A stretch of DNA of 32,000 nucleotides from Thermoproteus tenax Kra 1 (GTDB lineage: Archaea; Thermoproteota; Thermoprotei; Thermoproteales; Thermoproteaceae). This document shows, one piece after another, positions 19,749 to 27,772 of this stretch. Positions within the stretch are counted from its first letter, which is position 1, and each line of letters begins with the position of its first letter. Location of the stretch: NCBI RefSeq assembly GCF_000253055.1, contig NC_016070.1:270001-302000 (forward strand). The letters run 5' to 3'. The position numbers were made by a program, and so were the translations under genes. The notes under the pieces were generated by a model. The model was not told the DNA's origin. It did not search any database and saw only the letters and a program-made list of their open reading frames with translations.

Positions 19749-20903
19749 GTGGAAGGGGCGCCCGTGGACTATTCGTTGTTCTCCGGCTTCACTCTGATCT
19801 ACGGGCCGCCGGGCTCCGGAAAGACGTCCCTAGCCCTACATATAGCGAGAAAGCTAGGGGACAATATAATGTATATAGGAATGTATGAAAATAGAGAGAA
19901 GATTTTGTCCAAGTTGGGCTATTTAGGCCTCGATCCTTCAGTATATAAGATATACGACTTTATCAACGTTAAAGACAGGAGCGCAGTGATCAAACTGATA
20001 GGGGAGGAGTTCGTTCAGGAGGCCCCCTCCGTCGTGGTAATAGACGGCATAAACTACTTTCCGCAGGACAGAGAGACTCTCTCGGCTATATACAGAACGT
20101 TCGATGTGCCTGTCATTGCCGTGGGCGAGGAGGACACGAGGCGGAGCCCGCTCGCCTACATTGTAGACGTCCTATTGGAGGTCAGACAGATCATATCCAG
20201 AGGCTCGAGATATAGAGTGGCCCGCTTCCTCAAGTCTAGGACGGGCCAGCCGCCGGCCGCCGAGTTCCGCTTCGTCGTCACAAGCGGCGGCATCGTCTTC
20301 GTTGAGCCCTGGAGCTCCCTCAAGCTCGGCGACCCTCTGGGCAAACTCCCCATGAGGAGAGTCCAGCTGGAGGCGCCCGAGCTGGCAGAGCTGAGGGCTG
20401 GCTCCAGGACTGCCTACTTCGTGGACGAAGACCCAGAGAGCTGCCGCATCATGGCGTCGCTCTTGTGCGACTATGCAGACGCAGTGAAGGCGGCCCTCAT
20501 TGAGTTCAGAAGGGGGCTGGAGATGCCGGAGGGATGCAGAGCTGAGGGCGCCGTAATTCCGCCTAAGGATTTGGGCGACGAGCGGGGCTTGGACGAGCTA
20601 AAGGACAGCATAGGCGATGCGGGCGCGGCCCTCCTCTACGGGCTGGACGAGGCCCTCGGCGGCCTGGACAGGAGGAGGGTGCAGTACGTGTTGGACTTCT
20701 TAAGCTCATGGAGGCGGGAGCTTATGACCGTCGCCGCCTTCGTCGGCGCGCCCCCCTCCCCGGAGCTCATGGGCATGTTCAACGCAGTATGGCATATCGG
20801 GGGCGGGAGAGCCGAGCTGTTGAAGTCGCGCCTCTTCCCGGCGCACAGATCATTCTGTGTTGAGAAGCGGGGGGAGGTCTATCGGCTGGCCGTTTGTCCC
20901 TAG
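19749..20903 (+). CDS. KaiC/RecA-superfamily ATPase with a degenerate second domain
   Basis: 384 aa. Has Walker A GPPGSGKT, Walker B-like VVVIDGI and a KaiC-like core. The C-terminal about 190 aa has no P-loop. GTG 19764 is an alternative start that fits the TATA at 19737-19747 as leaderless. Confidence 0.82.
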   Translation: MEGAPVDYSLFSGFTLIYGPPGSGKTSLALHIARKLGDNIMYIGMYENREKILSKLGYLGLDPSVYKIYDFINVKDRSAVIKLIGEEFVQEAPSVVVIDGINYFPQDRETLSAIYRTFDVPVIAVGEEDTRRSPLAYIVDVLLEVRQIISRGSRYRVARFLKSRTGQPPAAEFRFVVTSGGIVFVEPWSSLKLGDPLGKLPMRRVQLEAPELAELRAGSRTAYFVDEDPESCRIMASLLCDYADAVKAALIEFRRGLEMPEGCRAEGAVIPPKDLGDERGLDELKDSIGDAGAALLYGLDEALGGLDRRRVQYVLDFLSSWRRELMTVAAFVGAPPSPELMGMFNAVWHIGGGRAELLKSRLFPAHRSFCVEKRGEVYRLAVCP

Positions 20904-21159
20904 GCGGCCACTGCCGTCAACCGCCGACTCACGTCGAGGGGCTCCCCCTCGCCCGCGCCTTCGCCGGTATCCAAGATATCTCGGGGGCGGACCCACGCGC
21001 ATGGGGACAACGGCACTCGGCCTCCCTCCAGAGGTGGCTCCGGCCGGGGATCGTGGGACGGCCCCCTGCTGTAGGCACACGTCTAGGCCCGTCTGCGCCG
21101 AAACACAGACTCCTGGGGGAGGGGGGCTGTTCCATTTATTTATACAACAAGTATAGCTC
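20904..21159. other. 256-nt GC-rich ORF-free spacer with local and long-range helices (candidate structured ncRNA, strand unresolved)
   Basis: Contains hairpin CGAGGGG-ctc-CCCCTCG (20935-20951). Inverted arms GGCCACTGCCGT (20906-20917) and ACGGCACTCGGCC (21010-21022) can pair. A palindrome-like TATA tttatttata (21134-21143) sits at the right edge. The six-frame ORFs here are all Arg/Pro/Gly junk. Confidence 0.3.
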
Positions 21160-21696
21160 ATGAGATTGACCCTCGTGTTGATAGTGCTCCTCGTCGAGTA
21201 CATCGCCTTGGCCGTAACGGCGTATATCGGCTACACGTACTACGCGGCCGTCCCCCGCTGGCTCATAGATACGTTGAGAGGGCAATTGAACTCCACAGTT
21301 ACAGGCCCTTTGTCCATCTTCTTTCACAACCTCGTCATAATGACCGCCGACTCTGTCCCGTTCATAGGGCCCGCCTCGTTGGCCCTCTCACTCTCGGCCA
21401 CCGGCTTCATCCTGGGAGTCTTCATGGGGTACTCGGGCGGCGGCTACTTGGCTCTGGCGTTGGCCTATCTAGCGACGGTTATGTTGCCCCACGGCATTCT
21501 GGAGCTCGCCTCGTACGCCTTCGCGACCGCAGGCTCTATAGACGCCACAAGGAGGCTCCTCTCCAAGAGGGGCGGCGCACTTAGGTCCTGGGCTATACAC
21601 TACGCCGTTGCGGCAGCGCTGCTTCTCGCCGCGGCGTACATAGAGTGGTACGAGATAGTCGCGTTGAGGCCTATTCTTCACTCAATAATACATTAA
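21160..21696 (+). CDS. SpoIIM/DUF95-family integral membrane protein
   Basis: 178 aa with about 5 TM helices and the signature LPHGILELASY. Confidence 0.8.
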   Translation: MRLTLVLIVLLVEYIALAVTAYIGYTYYAAVPRWLIDTLRGQLNSTVTGPLSIFFHNLVIMTADSVPFIGPASLALSLSATGFILGVFMGYSGGGYLALALAYLATVMLPHGILELASYAFATAGSIDATRRLLSKRGGALRSWAIHYAVAAALLLAAAYIEWYEIVALRPILHSIIH

Positions 21697-21717
21697 ATCT
21701 GCTCCTCAGACGGATAT

Positions 21718-22176
21718 ATGCAGATCTCGAGCCCGGCGTTCAGATTCGGAGAGGCTATACCCAAGAAGTACACATGCGACGGCGAGGACGTCTCGCCTCC
21801 TCTGACCATCGCCGACGTGCCGCCGAATGCCAAAGCGCTCGTCTTGATAATGGAGGATCCAGACGCGCCGATAGGGGTGTTCACCCACTGGGTCTTGTAC
21901 AACGTTCCGCCCACTCTGACCGCCCTGCCTGAGGGAGTGCCCAAGAGGCCCGAGGTGACCGGCGTCGGCCTCCAAGGCGTCAACGACTTCGGCAGAGTCG
22001 GCTACGGAGGGCCTTGTCCGCCGCGCGGCCACGGACCCCACCGCTATTTCTTCAGGCTCTACGCCATAGACGTCCAGCTCCAGCTGCCGCCCAGGGCGAG
22101 GAAGGACGACGTGCTCGCGGCCATCAAGGGCCGCGTGTTGGCACAAACTGAATATATGGGAACTTACAAGAGATAG
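21718..22176 (+). CDS. YbhB/YbcL-family PEBP (Raf kinase inhibitor-like) protein
   Basis: 152 aa with motifs MEDPDAP, HWVLYN and GYGGPCPPRGHGPHRYFFRLYA. Confidence 0.92.
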   Translation: MQISSPAFRFGEAIPKKYTCDGEDVSPPLTIADVPPNAKALVLIMEDPDAPIGVFTHWVLYNVPPTLTALPEGVPKRPEVTGVGLQGVNDFGRVGYGGPCPPRGHGPHRYFFRLYAIDVQLQLPPRARKDDVLAAIKGRVLAQTEYMGTYKR

Positions 22177-22234
22177 TATACTAAAAATATTATTTGTATT
22201 CGTTGAATATATAAATATATGTTTTCCTTCTCGC

Positions 22235-22405
22235 ATGGCGAAGCAGAAGCTGAAGTTCTACGACATAAAGGCCAAGCAGGCGTTCGAGACAGACAAATAC
22301 GAGACCGTCGAGAAGAACACCGCCAGAGGCCCCATGATATTCGCGGTCGCCACTTCGCCGTACACCGGCATTAAGGTCTGGAGACTGATCGGGAAAAAGA
22401 AATAA
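22235..22405 (+). CDS. 56-aa small basic protein, probable abundant nucleic-acid-binding/chromatin protein (possibly CC1-like)
   Basis: Absent from the ORF track because it is under 60 aa. Sequence is MAKQKLKFYDIKAKQAFETDKYETVEKNTARGPMIFAVATSPYTGIKVWRLIGKKK. A strong TATA atatataaatatat (22207-22220) lies about 22 nt upstream. A T-run (ctattttttc) follows the stop. GC3 is high. Confidence 0.72.
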   Translation: MAKQKLKFYDIKAKQAFETDKYETVEKNTARGPMIFAVATSPYTGIKVWRLIGKKK

Positions 22406-22430
22406 CTGGAACTAAACCCCCTATTTTTTC

Positions 22431-23543
22431 ATGGAATTTAACTATCGCTTAATCCTTATGTTGGGCGTCACCTCCCTTTTCGCAGACTGGCTCTACGAGG
22501 GAATGCGCGCCGCCCTTCCTCAGTACCTCAAAGCCCTTGGCGCATCCGCGCTCTTCGTGGGGCTGTTGTTCGGGGTTGGAGACGCGTTGGGCTACCTCCT
22601 TAGGTTCGCCACAGGCCCGTTGGCCGACAGACGGGGAGGCTACTGGGGGGAGACGTTCGCCGGATATGCCGCACAAGTCCTGGCCGTGGCCGGACTGGCG
22701 ATCTTCCCGTCTCTGCCCGCCGCCGCCGGCCTGGCCCTATTGGAGAGATCCGCTAAGGCTTTGAGGACCCCCGCGAGGGACGCCATAATCTCTGCGGCGG
22801 GAGGCAGAAGGCAGAGCATGGCGTTTGGAATCCACGCGTCGATCGACCAGATAGGCGCCGTGCTCGGCGCTTTGACCTCGACTGTGTTGTTGGCGCTGGG
22901 CGTCGCGTATAGAGACCTCTTCTTGTTGCTCGCGTTGCCCGGCGCAGCGGCTCTGGCGACGCTCTGGCTCGCCTACAGCTCCAGACTGAGGCCTAGGCGA
23001 ATAACTGGGGAGGGCCGGGGCAGTCTGCGGCTGCCGCTTCTTCTGTTCGCAGCCTCCCAGTTCATGTTCGGCGCCTCTCTGATGCACATCAGTCTGGAGA
23101 TGTACGGAGAGACGGCGGCGTGGCTCGCCTCATCTATATATTTGGCCGCCATGGCCTTCGAGATACCTGCGTCGTTGTTGTGGGGGCGCCTCCACGAGGG
23201 GCGCAGGGCGGTTGTGTTCGCCGGCCCGCCCGTGGCCTTTCTGGCTACGTTGTTTTTCGCCCGAGGCGATCTCCTGGGGGCATTCGCCGGGGCGCTCGCC
23301 TACTCTCTCGCCACATCTTATGCAGACATTGTGGCCAAGGCGGAGGCCGTACGGATGAGCTCGGGAGGCAGGGCGACGGCCCTCGGAGCGGTCAACGCGG
23401 CGTTCGGGCTCGGCTATATAGCGGCCGGCGGCATATACGGCTATCTACTCCAAGAGGGCCTCCTGGCTTGGGCCCCGGCGGCGTCCCTCTGTCTGGCCGC
23501 CGGCTCCTTCCTGTTCGCCTACCTCTCCCTGCGGAGTCTATAG
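22431..23543 (+). CDS. MFS transporter
   Basis: 370 aa with about 12 TM helices and the loop motif GPLADRRGG between TM2 and TM3. Confidence 0.85.
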   Translation: MEFNYRLILMLGVTSLFADWLYEGMRAALPQYLKALGASALFVGLLFGVGDALGYLLRFATGPLADRRGGYWGETFAGYAAQVLAVAGLAIFPSLPAAAGLALLERSAKALRTPARDAIISAAGGRRQSMAFGIHASIDQIGAVLGALTSTVLLALGVAYRDLFLLLALPGAAALATLWLAYSSRLRPRRITGEGRGSLRLPLLLFAASQFMFGASLMHISLEMYGETAAWLASSIYLAAMAFEIPASLLWGRLHEGRRAVVFAGPPVAFLATLFFARGDLLGAFAGALAYSLATSYADIVAKAEAVRMSSGGRATALGAVNAAFGLGYIAAGGIYGYLLQEGLLAWAPAASLCLAAGSFLFAYLSLRSL

Positions 23544-23794
23544 ACTCCCTCCTCTATCTTTTGGAGTCTGTACGTCCCAGCCCTCGTCTCCACCACTATC
23601 TCTCTGGGCCATCTCGACATGTCCACCCTCAAGACGCCCAAGCCCTCGAACAGAGCGCGCACCTCCCCCTCCCTTACGTCCTCATGTATCAATACGGCGA
23701 AGCCGTCGGCCCCCCTCGCCAGCGCTTGTGAGGCCTCCTTGACGTCGTCCCCGTTAGTTATATCGTATATGCTCCTGTAGTATTCCTCTCCCAC
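23519..23794 (-). CDS. hypothetical protein (about 91 aa)
   Basis: C-terminal part of track ORF 23519..24010. GTG 23794 is preferred. The upstream part is antisense to a well-formed zinc-ribbon gene, and a shared TATA lies 24 nt upstream of 23794. Confidence 0.5.
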   Translation of the reverse strand: MGEEYYRSIYDITNGDDVKEASQALARGADGFAVLIHEDVREGEVRALFEGLGVLRVDMSRWPREIVVETRAGTYRLQKIEEGVYRLRRER

Positions 23795-23814
23795 GGACAG
23801 ACAAAGAATCCCCG

Positions 23815-23822
23815 TTAAAAAG
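23815..23822. promoter_or_regulatory. shared bidirectional TATA element TTAAAAAG
   Basis: Sits 23-24 nt from both GTG 23794 (minus strand) and ATG 23841 (plus strand). Confidence 0.45.
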
Positions 23823-23840
23823 ATCTCCGGGATCTTTTGT

Positions 23841-23981
23841 ATGGCCAGAAGATATTGCCCGGTGTGCAAGAGGGCCGTAGAAGAGGAGATAGTCAGAAGG
23901 GAGAACTTGGTCATCAAACGTTGCCCCAACTGCGGCCACGTTTTTGCGCAGTACGAGGTGCGGAGGGCCGCGGCCAAATGA
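23841..23981 (+). CDS. 46-aa zinc-ribbon protein
   Basis: Absent from the track because it is under 60 aa. Sequence is MARRYCPVCKRAVEEEIVRRENLVIKRCPNCGHVFAQYEVRRAAAK, with two CxxC pairs. Its stop overlaps the btpA-family ATG as ATGA (23978-23981). Confidence 0.7.
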   Translation: MARRYCPVCKRAVEEEIVRRENLVIKRCPNCGHVFAQYEVRRAAAK

Positions 23982-24754
23982 GTCTGCCCCGCATCGTAGG
24001 CGTCGTCCATCTGCCGCCGCTCCCCGGATCCCCCAGATACTCAGGCGACTTTTCCTCAATAGTCGAGTTCGCCGTAGAGAACGCCAGGCGTCTCGAAGAC
24101 GCAGGCTTCGACGGAATCATCCTGGAGAACTTCAACGATGCCCCCTTCAAGCCGAGGGCCCGCGACCCCGAGACTATAGCCGCCATGGCCATCGCCGCTA
24201 GGGAGGTCCGGAGGGCGGTCTCAGTCCAGCTCGGCGTAAACATACTCAGAAACTCAGGGCCTGAGGCCGCCGCCGTCGCTTCCCTTTCGGGCGCGTCCTT
24301 CATTAGGGTCAATGCCCTGTGCGAGGTAGTCTCAGCGCCCGAGGGTCTGTTGGAGCCTGTGGCCAGAGAGATCGCCGAGGTGCAGGCGAGGCTGAAGAGC
24401 GCCGTCAAGATCCTAGCCGACGTGCACGTGAAACACGGATGGCCTCTCCACGGGAGACCTCTGCGGGAGGTCGCCGAGGATTGCGCCGAGAGGGGAGGGG
24501 CCTCCGCCGTCGTAGTCTCGGGCGGCAGGACGGGCCTTCCCCCCGAGCCGTCGCAATTGGCTGAGCTGGCCGGGGCAGGTCTGCCCGTCTACGTAGGGAG
24601 CGGCACTACGCCCGACAACCTCAAGTCGTTCAGAGGAGCGTACGGCTTTATAGTCGGCACTTATCTAAAGGACGAGCGAGGGCGCATAGACCCCAAAAAG
24701 GCGAAGATATATGTGGAGGCGGCGCGGGACGCCTTGGGCCTAGGCCGTGGCTGA
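23978..24754 (+). CDS. BtpA/SgcQ-family TIM-barrel protein
   Basis: Internal ATG of track ORF 23837..24754. Product begins MSLPRIVGVVHLPPLPGSPRY, which is the family signature. Also has ENFNDAPF and VGSG blocks. Confidence 0.88.
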   Translation: MSLPRIVGVVHLPPLPGSPRYSGDFSSIVEFAVENARRLEDAGFDGIILENFNDAPFKPRARDPETIAAMAIAAREVRRAVSVQLGVNILRNSGPEAAAVASLSGASFIRVNALCEVVSAPEGLLEPVAREIAEVQARLKSAVKILADVHVKHGWPLHGRPLREVAEDCAERGGASAVVVSGGRTGLPPEPSQLAELAGAGLPVYVGSGTTPDNLKSFRGAYGFIVGTYLKDERGRIDPKKAKIYVEAARDALGLGRG

Positions 24755-24946
24755 CGGCGCCTCCTCCAGATACCACTCGAGTATCATGTCGTGCGCGTCG
24801 GCGAGACGCATGGCGGCTTTATAGGCCTTCCTCCAGCTCTCGTATTCCCCGGCCAGCTCCCAACCGGCGTCTAAAAGGTCGAGGTCCTCCTCCCTCCCGG
24901 TCACGAGGATCCTCCAGCCCTTGTGGTCGATCAAGACGCGGAACAT
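24740..24946 (-). CDS. hypothetical small protein (68 aa)
   Basis: Internal ATG (MFRVLIDHKGWRILVTG...) of track ORF 24740..25132. TATA ctttaaatacc lies about 25 nt upstream on the minus strand. Confidence 0.5.
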   Translation of the reverse strand: MFRVLIDHKGWRILVTGREEDLDLLDAGWELAGEYESWRKAYKAAMRLADAHDMILEWYLEEAPSATA

Positions 24947-25073
24947 GTATACGGGAAGTAAACAGGTATTTAAAGCCCTCAGGTAGAATAACGAATTCTC
25001 CTTCCGACTACATTGAAAGTTTCTGAGACGTCTTTGGGGCTCCGAGGATTTAAATAGGCTTATTGAAGTATAC

Positions 25074-25619
25074 GTGGACCCGTTGGAGGACCTGCGGCGC
25101 AAGTTCCCCGGGAAGCCGCGCAGCTGGCTCAAGAGGGCGTTGGAGAGGCTGGGCGACGTCAGCGAGGAGAGAGGCTACTACGTCGTGAGGGGCAGGCCCG
25201 AGCTTGGGGACAGATATCCGGCCTACCACGTGTGGTGGTCTGAGTCGGAGAGGCGGTGGATCTGCACTTGTTATCTGACCGAGTGGGGGACGAGGAGGGC
25301 GCGCGGCGTGTGTACCCATGTGGCGGCCGTGATCCTCTACAGAGAGCATAAGGGGGCTCTGAGGAGGGCCGGGAGAGTCTATCTGGCCACCGGCGTAGTC
25401 AAATGTAGGGAGAGGCCGAGGGCCCAGGGAGAGGCGCTCGTTAGACAGATCCCGGGGAGGACTCTGTTGGACTACGCCGAGCCACAGTGGAAGATCGCCG
25501 TGATCTCTGGGCAGGATTCCGCCGAGGTTGAATGCGGAGGCAGAAGGATCGTGCTCAAGGGCGTGGAGATGGACTACGCCCAAGCCAGAGCCCTCGCGGA
25601 GGAGTTCCTAGGAAGCTGA
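25074..25619 (+). CDS. SWIM zinc-finger domain protein
   Basis: 181 aa with a GTG start about 22 nt after TATA gatttaaatagg. The CxC...CxH SWIM motif is WICTCYLTEWGTRRARGVCTHVAAV. Confidence 0.8.
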   Translation: MDPLEDLRRKFPGKPRSWLKRALERLGDVSEERGYYVVRGRPELGDRYPAYHVWWSESERRWICTCYLTEWGTRRARGVCTHVAAVILYREHKGALRRAGRVYLATGVVKCRERPRAQGEALVRQIPGRTLLDYAEPQWKIAVISGQDSAEVECGGRRIVLKGVEMDYAQARALAEEFLGS

Positions 25620-25625
25620 ACGGGC

Positions 25626-27083
25626 GTGGCGGGCCCGGCCAGAGTGCTCAAGCTCTCCCTCTACTATATGTTGCAGAGCTATTCTAAGCAGGCGTTGGCG
25701 TTCATTCTGGCGTCCACGGTCGCGGCCGCGCTCCCCCAAGCGCTGACGCCTCCGGCCTACCGAGGGGATCTAGCGAAGGCGCTTCTGCCCGCGATGGCGG
25801 CGCTCTTAACTGTGGTGGCCGCCATATCCGTCTTTACGTCGGCGGCGGCCTTCAAAGCCGACGTGGACTTCATCTATTCTACGCCGGCCGACCCCAGGGA
25901 GGTCTACTCGGCGAGGATCATAGGCGGGGCTCCGCTCTACGCCGCCTTTATGCTCTCCTATACCTTCTCCGCCGTAGACGTGGGAAACGCCGTGTGGTAC
26001 GCAGTCGCCCTGGTTTCTCTATCCCTTGCGTTCTCGGCCGCCGGGGCCAACGCAGCCCTCCTCTCCCCAGCCGGCCGCGCGCTCTCGTTGTTGCCGCTGG
26101 CCATAGCCTCGGCGCTCGTCTACCTCAGCCCCGAGATATCGCCTTTATACGGCTTGGCCGCTCCGGCGCCCCTCTATTCGGCTTATGCGGCCGGCCTTTT
26201 CGGAGCCTATCTACTGGCAGCGCCTTGGAGGACTATAGAGGAGCTGTCGCGCAACGCCTACGGAGTGCTCGGGCAAGAGCCTCAGACAGGCGAAAGTAAG
26301 TCCAGATTACCAGACAGCTTCTGGGGCGTGGTCTGGACTACGACTGTCCGGGCCCCCTTCACGGCTAGGGCGAGCGCGCGGGGCACCGTCGTGATATACC
26401 AACGGACCTTCAACGCGCTGAAGTATCTGACCCCTGCGTCTCTCGCAGGCGCAACGGCCTATCTGGTCGCCGCCCTCTGGACTAAACACTACGCGGCCTC
26501 GTCAGTTATGGCGGCCTACGTAGTCTACATGGCCTTTGCTTCAGCCGCCGCTTTGGGTGTGGCAAACGAGAGGCTGTGGATAAGTCTGGCGGCCGATCCG
26601 CTCAGATATCTACGATATAGGGCTCTGGCCAGGACGCTCCTCTCCGCTTTAGTCCTCTCGCCATGGATAGCCGCCTTCGCGCTGGCGTCCCTCCTCTATC
26701 CGCCCGCCCTCTACCTCTCGGCGTTTTTGGCCTCGTCTGTGCTAGTGTTGCCCTCTCTGAGCTGGATAGCGGCCGCCTACTCCGGCATCCCCCAGATCAG
26801 AGAGCTGGGGCTTGCCCAGAGGCCCCAGAGGATCTCCCTCAGGAATCTGCTCATGGTCGCCACTATAGTTTTGTTCATGGCTCTGAACATAGCCCCCTTC
26901 TTTCTATCGGCTATTGCGTATTCGGCGGACGCCTTCAGAGGCCTCAGCTCAGCCGCCGAGGTCTACGCCGCGGTCTCCCTCGCCGCCTCCCTCTTGGCGT
27001 TCTGCCTCCTCGTCTGTTCGGAGGCCGGGAGGCCCGTGTGGATGTGGGCGGTCAACAAGCTGTCGGAGAACGGCTACGTTTGA
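25626..27083 (+). CDS. polytopic integral membrane protein (hypothetical, at least 10 TM, Ala/Leu-rich)
   Basis: 485 aa, 6 nt downstream of the SWIM gene. Start is GTG, with ATG 25668 as an alternative. No recognisable family motif. Confidence 0.75.
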   Translation: MAGPARVLKLSLYYMLQSYSKQALAFILASTVAAALPQALTPPAYRGDLAKALLPAMAALLTVVAAISVFTSAAAFKADVDFIYSTPADPREVYSARIIGGAPLYAAFMLSYTFSAVDVGNAVWYAVALVSLSLAFSAAGANAALLSPAGRALSLLPLAIASALVYLSPEISPLYGLAAPAPLYSAYAAGLFGAYLLAAPWRTIEELSRNAYGVLGQEPQTGESKSRLPDSFWGVVWTTTVRAPFTARASARGTVVIYQRTFNALKYLTPASLAGATAYLVAALWTKHYAASSVMAAYVVYMAFASAAALGVANERLWISLAADPLRYLRYRALARTLLSALVLSPWIAAFALASLLYPPALYLSAFLASSVLVLPSLSWIAAAYSGIPQIRELGLAQRPQRISLRNLLMVATIVLFMALNIAPFFLSAIAYSADAFRGLSSAAEVYAAVSLAASLLAFCLLVCSEAGRPVWMWAVNKLSENGYV

Positions 27084-27151
27084 GGCTCTCTCTGCGGCCT
27101 TCCGCTCGCTCTAGAGGGCGGGGCTTATAAACTTGCGCGCTTCAATGCCAC

Positions 27152-27772
27152 GTGATAAGGCACATTATGCTCTCCTCGAGGTTTCTGGACGCCCTCTTGA
27201 GGGGCGAGAAGAGGTCGACGATACGCCCGGGCGCGTTGAAAGTGGCCGAGGAGGTCTACATACACAGCAGGGGGGTTATAGCGGCTGCGGCCAAGGTGGA
27301 GAGAGTAGTCTACAAGAGGGTCCGCGATCTGACGGACGAGGACGCCAGAATGGACGGCTTCGGCAGCCTGGAGGAGCTTTTGGCCGAGCTCAAGAGGAGG
27401 TACAGACGCCTCGGGCCCGACAGCATTGTTACAGTCGTGGTCTTCGGCGAAGTGAGGCCGCTCAATGAGCCCGAGGAGACCGCCTATGGGGGGATGCGCC
27501 CCGAGCAGATAGCGAGGTTGGCCCTAAAGAGGCTCAGATTGAGCAGACGCGAGAGGGAGCTCTTGGAGGCAGTGGCCAAGTACAAGAGCATAAGGAGGGC
27601 GGCCGCGGCCCTCTTCGGAGATCCGCAGGAGAGGAGAGCCATCAGAGAGACGTTAAAAAGGGCGGCGAGAGAGCTAAGACGTGGAGGCTTGGCGGAGGAA
27701 GCAGGAGGCGCTGAGGAGGCTGAGGGAGCTTCTGAAGGACGTCGGAAGGGCCGAGAGAGACCACCACGCTAG
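27152..27772 (+). CDS. ASCH (PUA-like) domain protein with helical, basic C-terminal region
   Basis: 206 aa. The N-terminal FLDALLRGEKRSTIRPG...V....V fits the ASCH pattern. TATA gcttataaac lies about 25 nt upstream of GTG 27152. The last about 30 codons have low GC3 and overlap the next gene. Confidence 0.75.
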   Translation: MIRHIMLSSRFLDALLRGEKRSTIRPGALKVAEEVYIHSRGVIAAAAKVERVVYKRVRDLTDEDARMDGFGSLEELLAELKRRYRRLGPDSIVTVVVFGEVRPLNEPEETAYGGMRPEQIARLALKRLRLSRRERELLEAVAKYKSIRRAAAALFGDPQERRAIRETLKRAARELRRGGLAEEAGGAEEAEGASEGRRKGRERPPR

